Shown here in pieces: positions 60,012 to 64,000 of a DNA stretch of 64,000 nt; the first letter of the stretch is position 1, and each line of letters opens with the position of its first letter. The translations under genes were made by a program, and so were the position numbers. The notes under the pieces were generated by a model. It was not told where the DNA came from. It worked only from the letters and a program-made list of their open reading frames with translations, and did not search any database. The DNA is from Marsupella aquatica. Lineage: Eukaryota > Plantae > Marchantiophyta. The stretch lies in contig OZ316892.1 of assembly GCA_973895155.1 (NCBI GenBank), positions 20,521,519 to 20,585,518 on the forward strand. Reading direction: 5' to 3'.

Positions 60012-61880
60012 TCAATGCATGGTCATTTCCGCTTTCACTTCTGCTTGTTGCTGACGTCGCCGATGACGACGAATAGATCGTTGCATGTTTTGCTCGTTGG
60101 TAGTTGGTTGATTGGACTGAGCATACTCTTTCCATTCATTGAAACGACCACTGAATAACAACTTGTCAAAGTCACCATCTGACAGATTGTACTCATTGAT
60201 TGTAAAGTTTTCAATGGGTGTGGAATCGATTTCCGTCATCGCCACACCGTCCTGAGTCATCTCTTCATCGTCTTGTTGTGTCTCCATTGGTGGGATTTGA
60301 TTCAACAATCCTCGTTGCTCATACTCCCGTTCATGAAATGGTTTCCTACACCAACATTTTTGACTCTTCTTCATCCACCTTAATAAGCAAGCATGATGCC
60401 ATAAATGTCCGCAAGTTCCCAGAATGGAAACTGATTCTGGGCCCCATGGATATAAACACCAAGGACACCTTGCACCCTTTTGTCGAACAAATTCAGCCAT
60501 ACTTTCATCTTTCTTCCACTTATCAAAATACTCCTCGACTACTACCGAATCGACCTCCACGTCAGGAAAAAGGTTAGATTCTAATGTAGGATCAATCATT
60601 TGAAAATTCATAAAATTGACATTGTTCAATTTTGATTTTCCTTTGTTCGATTCATTGTCCATATCAGAATTGTTCATTTGGTCTATCTCTTCTTGGAGAT
60701 TTGTGATGATGAGCTTTTGTGATGCAACTTCATCCTTCAGATTCTTTATGACTCTATTTTCTTGAAGTTGCGCTTGTTCATTGGATTGCCTTTCATTTTT
60801 AGCAACTTGCCTTCGAAGCCTCTCAATTTCTTCCATCTTGTCAAACAATTGGGCCTTGTATCGGTACATGTCTTGGACCTCACAATTGGTACCCGATGAA
60901 ATAGACATCTTCTCTAGTGATTTCATCTTCAAATCACTCTCTTTTAGTTTTGACGTGTAGTAGTCAATGCTACCAACGTCACAAAGTTCGAGACGGTAAT
61001 TGACGCGGAGAATGTTCTCAATAAAATCACCAATCTCACATCCCAACCCCTTGCAGACACTTTGCATGCAAGGAGTTCCCTTGTTGGCATCCAAAACACC
61101 CGTGTTGTTTGTTGGTAAGGTGCTACTTGGACCAATAGAAACGTTTGCTGTTGTCGTAGTGCTTTTTCCTTCTTTGATACAAGCGGCACTGCTTTCAGAT
61201 TTTGTAAAGAACTGTGGGATTGCAGTCATTTTTTGGCTCTCATTTGTATGCACCTTGTGCACTTCATCTATTTTTCGCTTGCAGCCTTTGTTGGTAGTCA
61301 CAGGCATTTTATTCCTGTTACTTGTGGTGGAAAAGACTTTCGAGTGAACATTATGCACAAACTTGCCTTCGTCCGTCTCCCATCGGTAATCCACTTTCCA
61401 CCTCAGGATGAATTCAGCAATTAGTAGTCGGATAAAAGGAGTATATACTGAACTTGTTTTCCCTTGCGCTTTTCTTGGAGAAAATTCCCTGTAACGTTGT
61501 GCCCAGTGCTGCTTCACCTCTTCATGTGTCACCTTCGACATAGTAAACTTATCTTGCAACCAAGACTTTGTGGTCCACATTTCCTCATCGCGAAAAATCA
61601 TTTTGGCAAATTTTTGAAAAGCCTCCTTAGGCATCAATATTTCCAATTCTTTGGCGTTGATTGGCCATTCCGTGTGAGGAGGTTTCACATCCGGTGTGAG
61701 GATATTCCATTGCACATTGGGTTTGAACTCGTCCTCCGTCTGAGTTGCTGGAAGTTTGTGGACGTTGTCAAAACTGTAATTTTCGTGGTCCAAGTAAGAC
61801 CCTTGACCATCTTGCATTTTTGGATCATATACACGATTGGGCTCATCATCCTCATCTGAACTCAACTCCCATTTTCCCAT
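60012..61880 (-). CDS. 622-aa coiled-coil protein with a C-terminal RING-H2-like domain
   Basis: Uninterrupted ORF with a heptad-like region and CPWC..TCGHLWHHACL..W..KCWC. Confidence 0.72.
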   Translation of the reverse strand: MGKWELSSDEDDEPNRVYDPKMQDGQGSYLDHENYSFDNVHKLPATQTEDEFKPNVQWNILTPDVKPPHTEWPINAKELEILMPKEAFQKFAKMIFRDEEMWTTKSWLQDKFTMSKVTHEEVKQHWAQRYREFSPRKAQGKTSSVYTPFIRLLIAEFILRWKVDYRWETDEGKFVHNVHSKVFSTTSNRNKMPVTTNKGCKRKIDEVHKVHTNESQKMTAIPQFFTKSESSAACIKEGKSTTTTANVSIGPSSTLPTNNTGVLDANKGTPCMQSVCKGLGCEIGDFIENILRVNYRLELCDVGSIDYYTSKLKESDLKMKSLEKMSISSGTNCEVQDMYRYKAQLFDKMEEIERLRRQVAKNERQSNEQAQLQENRVIKNLKDEVASQKLIITNLQEEIDQMNNSDMDNESNKGKSKLNNVNFMNFQMIDPTLESNLFPDVEVDSVVVEEYFDKWKKDESMAEFVRQKGARCPWCLYPWGPESVSILGTCGHLWHHACLLRWMKKSQKCWCRKPFHEREYEQRGLLNQIPPMETQQDDEEMTQDGVAMTEIDSTPIENFTINEYNLSDGDFDKLLFSGRFNEWKEYAQSNQPTTNEQNMQRSIRRHRRRQQQAEVKAEMTMH

Positions 61881-62041
61881 CCTTGCAAAATTTACAAAAA
61901 AGACAAATATTTAGCATTCATTGCAATATTCACCAAAAATAAAAAGTTTTATGAGATGATATCAAAATTTCAGTTTATACCACATGATGAACATGTGATT
62001 GTTCATGTGGTAATTAAGAGAAGATAATGGTGAAAACTAAT

Positions 62042-63703
62042 TTAATCTCTCAAATAAACACTATTTTGTGTCAACAATCTACACTCTTGAAATGTGCGAA
62101 CCATCCTCAAAGTCCAATGGGCACAATCCATTCTTTTGGTAGGATCAGTGGCTATCATGTCACGAATGATATTCTCTAATTTTGGACCATACACTCTAGT
62201 ATTCCAACCCGCCATCAAAAATCGTGTGCTTGGCCCCATTCCATCCCAGTTTTCTGTGAGTAAAGTCTCGAACAAATTGCCTAGAGCATAGATATCAATT
62301 GCTTCACTATACTCTGCTGGGTCAGGTCCAACAAGCTCTGGTGCCAATTGAGGGTATTGTCTTTGATAGGCAATAACTTTCTCACTTGGGGTGGACCACA
62401 TTCGATTCTCTGGTAACGTACATTGTGTTTTGTGCTTGGATAACCCAAAATCACAAATTCCTACATACACTCTGATAGCAACATCATCCTCGTGATCAAA
62501 ATGAAGTAAGATATTTCCAAAGTGAAGATCACAATGTAGTCGATCGTGCTTGTGGAGAAACTGTAAGGTCTCCAACAAAGCCAAAGCAATCCCCAAGCGA
62601 TGCTCCAAAAATATTTTCTTCTCGGATATGAATCTCACATCAACCTGCACATTCCCTTGTGACTTCCCCTTGCTTTTACCCCATTTTCCACATTTATCCA
62701 TGAAGCTTCCCAAGTCACCTCCATTGTAAAAATCATAGATAAGTTTGGGTGGAAATTCGATGGTCATTGCCAAGGCCCCAATAACTCCCTTATGATTCAA
62801 ACCCCCCATTAGCACTTCTTGTAACGCATCTTTTATCCTCTTGTGTCGATCTCCATCTTTGAATCTTTTTGCCACTAGCTTCACATTTCGAGGAATGAGT
62901 GGGCAATCCAAGATATGGCACAAGAACACATGCCCTTGGCTGCCACTCCCAATGCGATGTAAATTCTTCACTTGTTCCATCCTCAAAAAGTGAATACTCC
63001 TTACTGCTGGAACAACACGTGATGGTCTTGTACCTCTTTGGTGCCTTTCAACACAAAGCTCCCCAAATTGCACGACCTTATTCGCATATTTGACATTACG
63101 TTCTGTTCTGGCCATTCCTAACTCATTGCTCCATTTTAGACACAATTCTCTTTTGTGTCTATGGAGGGCAGGATTTCCAAGAAATATGGACTCAGCCCCC
63201 CCCAAATTGGCTACCAACTTGTCCCACAAGTTCACAGCCAAGTTCAGTGCCAATTGCTCAACAAATCCTTGAGGCTTCTCAGCCTCACGTTGAAATTGCT
63301 GAATCTGTTCTCGTGTCATGTCCTCTTCCTTCTCTACGGTTTGGCGCATGCAACGCACCATGTCATTTAGAAAGTTTTTGTATCCCTGTTCTCCATGTAA
63401 GGTATACTTCCTTTCAAACCTATCATGCTCATACTGTTCCGGTTGGGTGTAGGGATATACTATATCCTTCCAAATGGCCAATAACACATTTTGTCGATGG
63501 TTGATGTCGATGGTTGTTTGAGCAGCCCCTCCTCTTTGTTTTCGCTTCCCTGCTATTTTGGCTTTTCTACTAAACCCTAAGATTTTGTGCGCATTCCTCA
63601 AGGCATTCAGGGCATTCGCATCTGGTTCCAATCCATCGCTCAGCATGGTACTCATCACCTCCATCAACTGCCTATATTCTACACCTACATCCGGGTTGGC
63701 CAT
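62042..63703 (-). CDS. Protein kinase with an uncharacterised N-terminal region
   Basis: IGSGSQGHV, VAKRFK, LQEV, HCDLHFGNIL, ICDFGLS, LAPEL, DIYALG, DPTKR. Uninterrupted ORF. Confidence 0.9.
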   Translation of the reverse strand: MANPDVGVEYRQLMEVMSTMLSDGLEPDANALNALRNAHKILGFSRKAKIAGKRKQRGGAAQTTIDINHRQNVLLAIWKDIVYPYTQPEQYEHDRFERKYTLHGEQGYKNFLNDMVRCMRQTVEKEEDMTREQIQQFQREAEKPQGFVEQLALNLAVNLWDKLVANLGGAESIFLGNPALHRHKRELCLKWSNELGMARTERNVKYANKVVQFGELCVERHQRGTRPSRVVPAVRSIHFLRMEQVKNLHRIGSGSQGHVFLCHILDCPLIPRNVKLVAKRFKDGDRHKRIKDALQEVLMGGLNHKGVIGALAMTIEFPPKLIYDFYNGGDLGSFMDKCGKWGKSKGKSQGNVQVDVRFISEKKIFLEHRLGIALALLETLQFLHKHDRLHCDLHFGNILLHFDHEDDVAIRVYVGICDFGLSKHKTQCTLPENRMWSTPSEKVIAYQRQYPQLAPELVGPDPAEYSEAIDIYALGNLFETLLTENWDGMGPSTRFLMAGWNTRVYGPKLENIIRDMIATDPTKRMDCAHWTLRMVRTFQECRLLTQNSVYLRD

Positions 63704-64000
63704 GTTCACGCGACACCAGAACAAAGAGTATCAAAAGGAGTAGAAACTTACGATGCGTATTGGCTGGGAGGCGAGGTACTGATGCGGTGTGTACAACCAA
63801 GCTGCAATAGGAACTCCTGGAAAATCATGCGTGGTACACCTTGTCACGGGAGGGTCACGAGATAGTCACGAGATATATTTGATTTTTTTCATTCATTATT
63901 ATTATTGTGAATGTAACAACTGCAAAGGGGAAAGATAACTATTGTGAAATACCCCACGCCGAGCCGAGGCTCCAAGCATGGGCACAAATGATATCCTATC

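Overview
Eukaryotic, transposon-rich land-plant DNA. A bryophyte/liverwort-like host is my inference, from spliceosomal introns, Ty1/copia elements and a VQ-type gene. The left half (1-32 kb) holds a decayed copia element carrying two small TIR inserts, an orphan membrane-protein gene, a complete minus-strand Ty1/copia element (17886-23938) and a VQ-motif gene. The right half is a three-level nest of large DNA transposons; both inner elements have readable TIRs and TSDs. (1) A hAT transposase (33660-59584) is split by (2) a 23-kb Sola1-like element (35368-58424, 35-bp TIRs, GAAG TSD), which is interrupted by (3) a 9.3-kb P-element-like transposon (36109-45384, 8-bp TSD ATACCAGA). The most novel candidate is the Sola-like element's cargo. 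It is a spliced minus-strand gene that appears to join a ParB/Srx-like domain, a bacterial-type beta-class N4/N6 DNA amino-methyltransferase and a Ulp1 SUMO protease. The element also carries an F-box-like gene and about 29 copies of a long palindrome (core GGGATAC-N3-GTATCCC), often about 90 bp apart. The P-like element carries an EDM2-type composite PHD gene and a 61-nt tRNA-like fold just after its transposase. RING and protein-kinase genes downstream of the hAT transposase may also be cargo. All domain calls come from reading motifs by eye; no searches were run.
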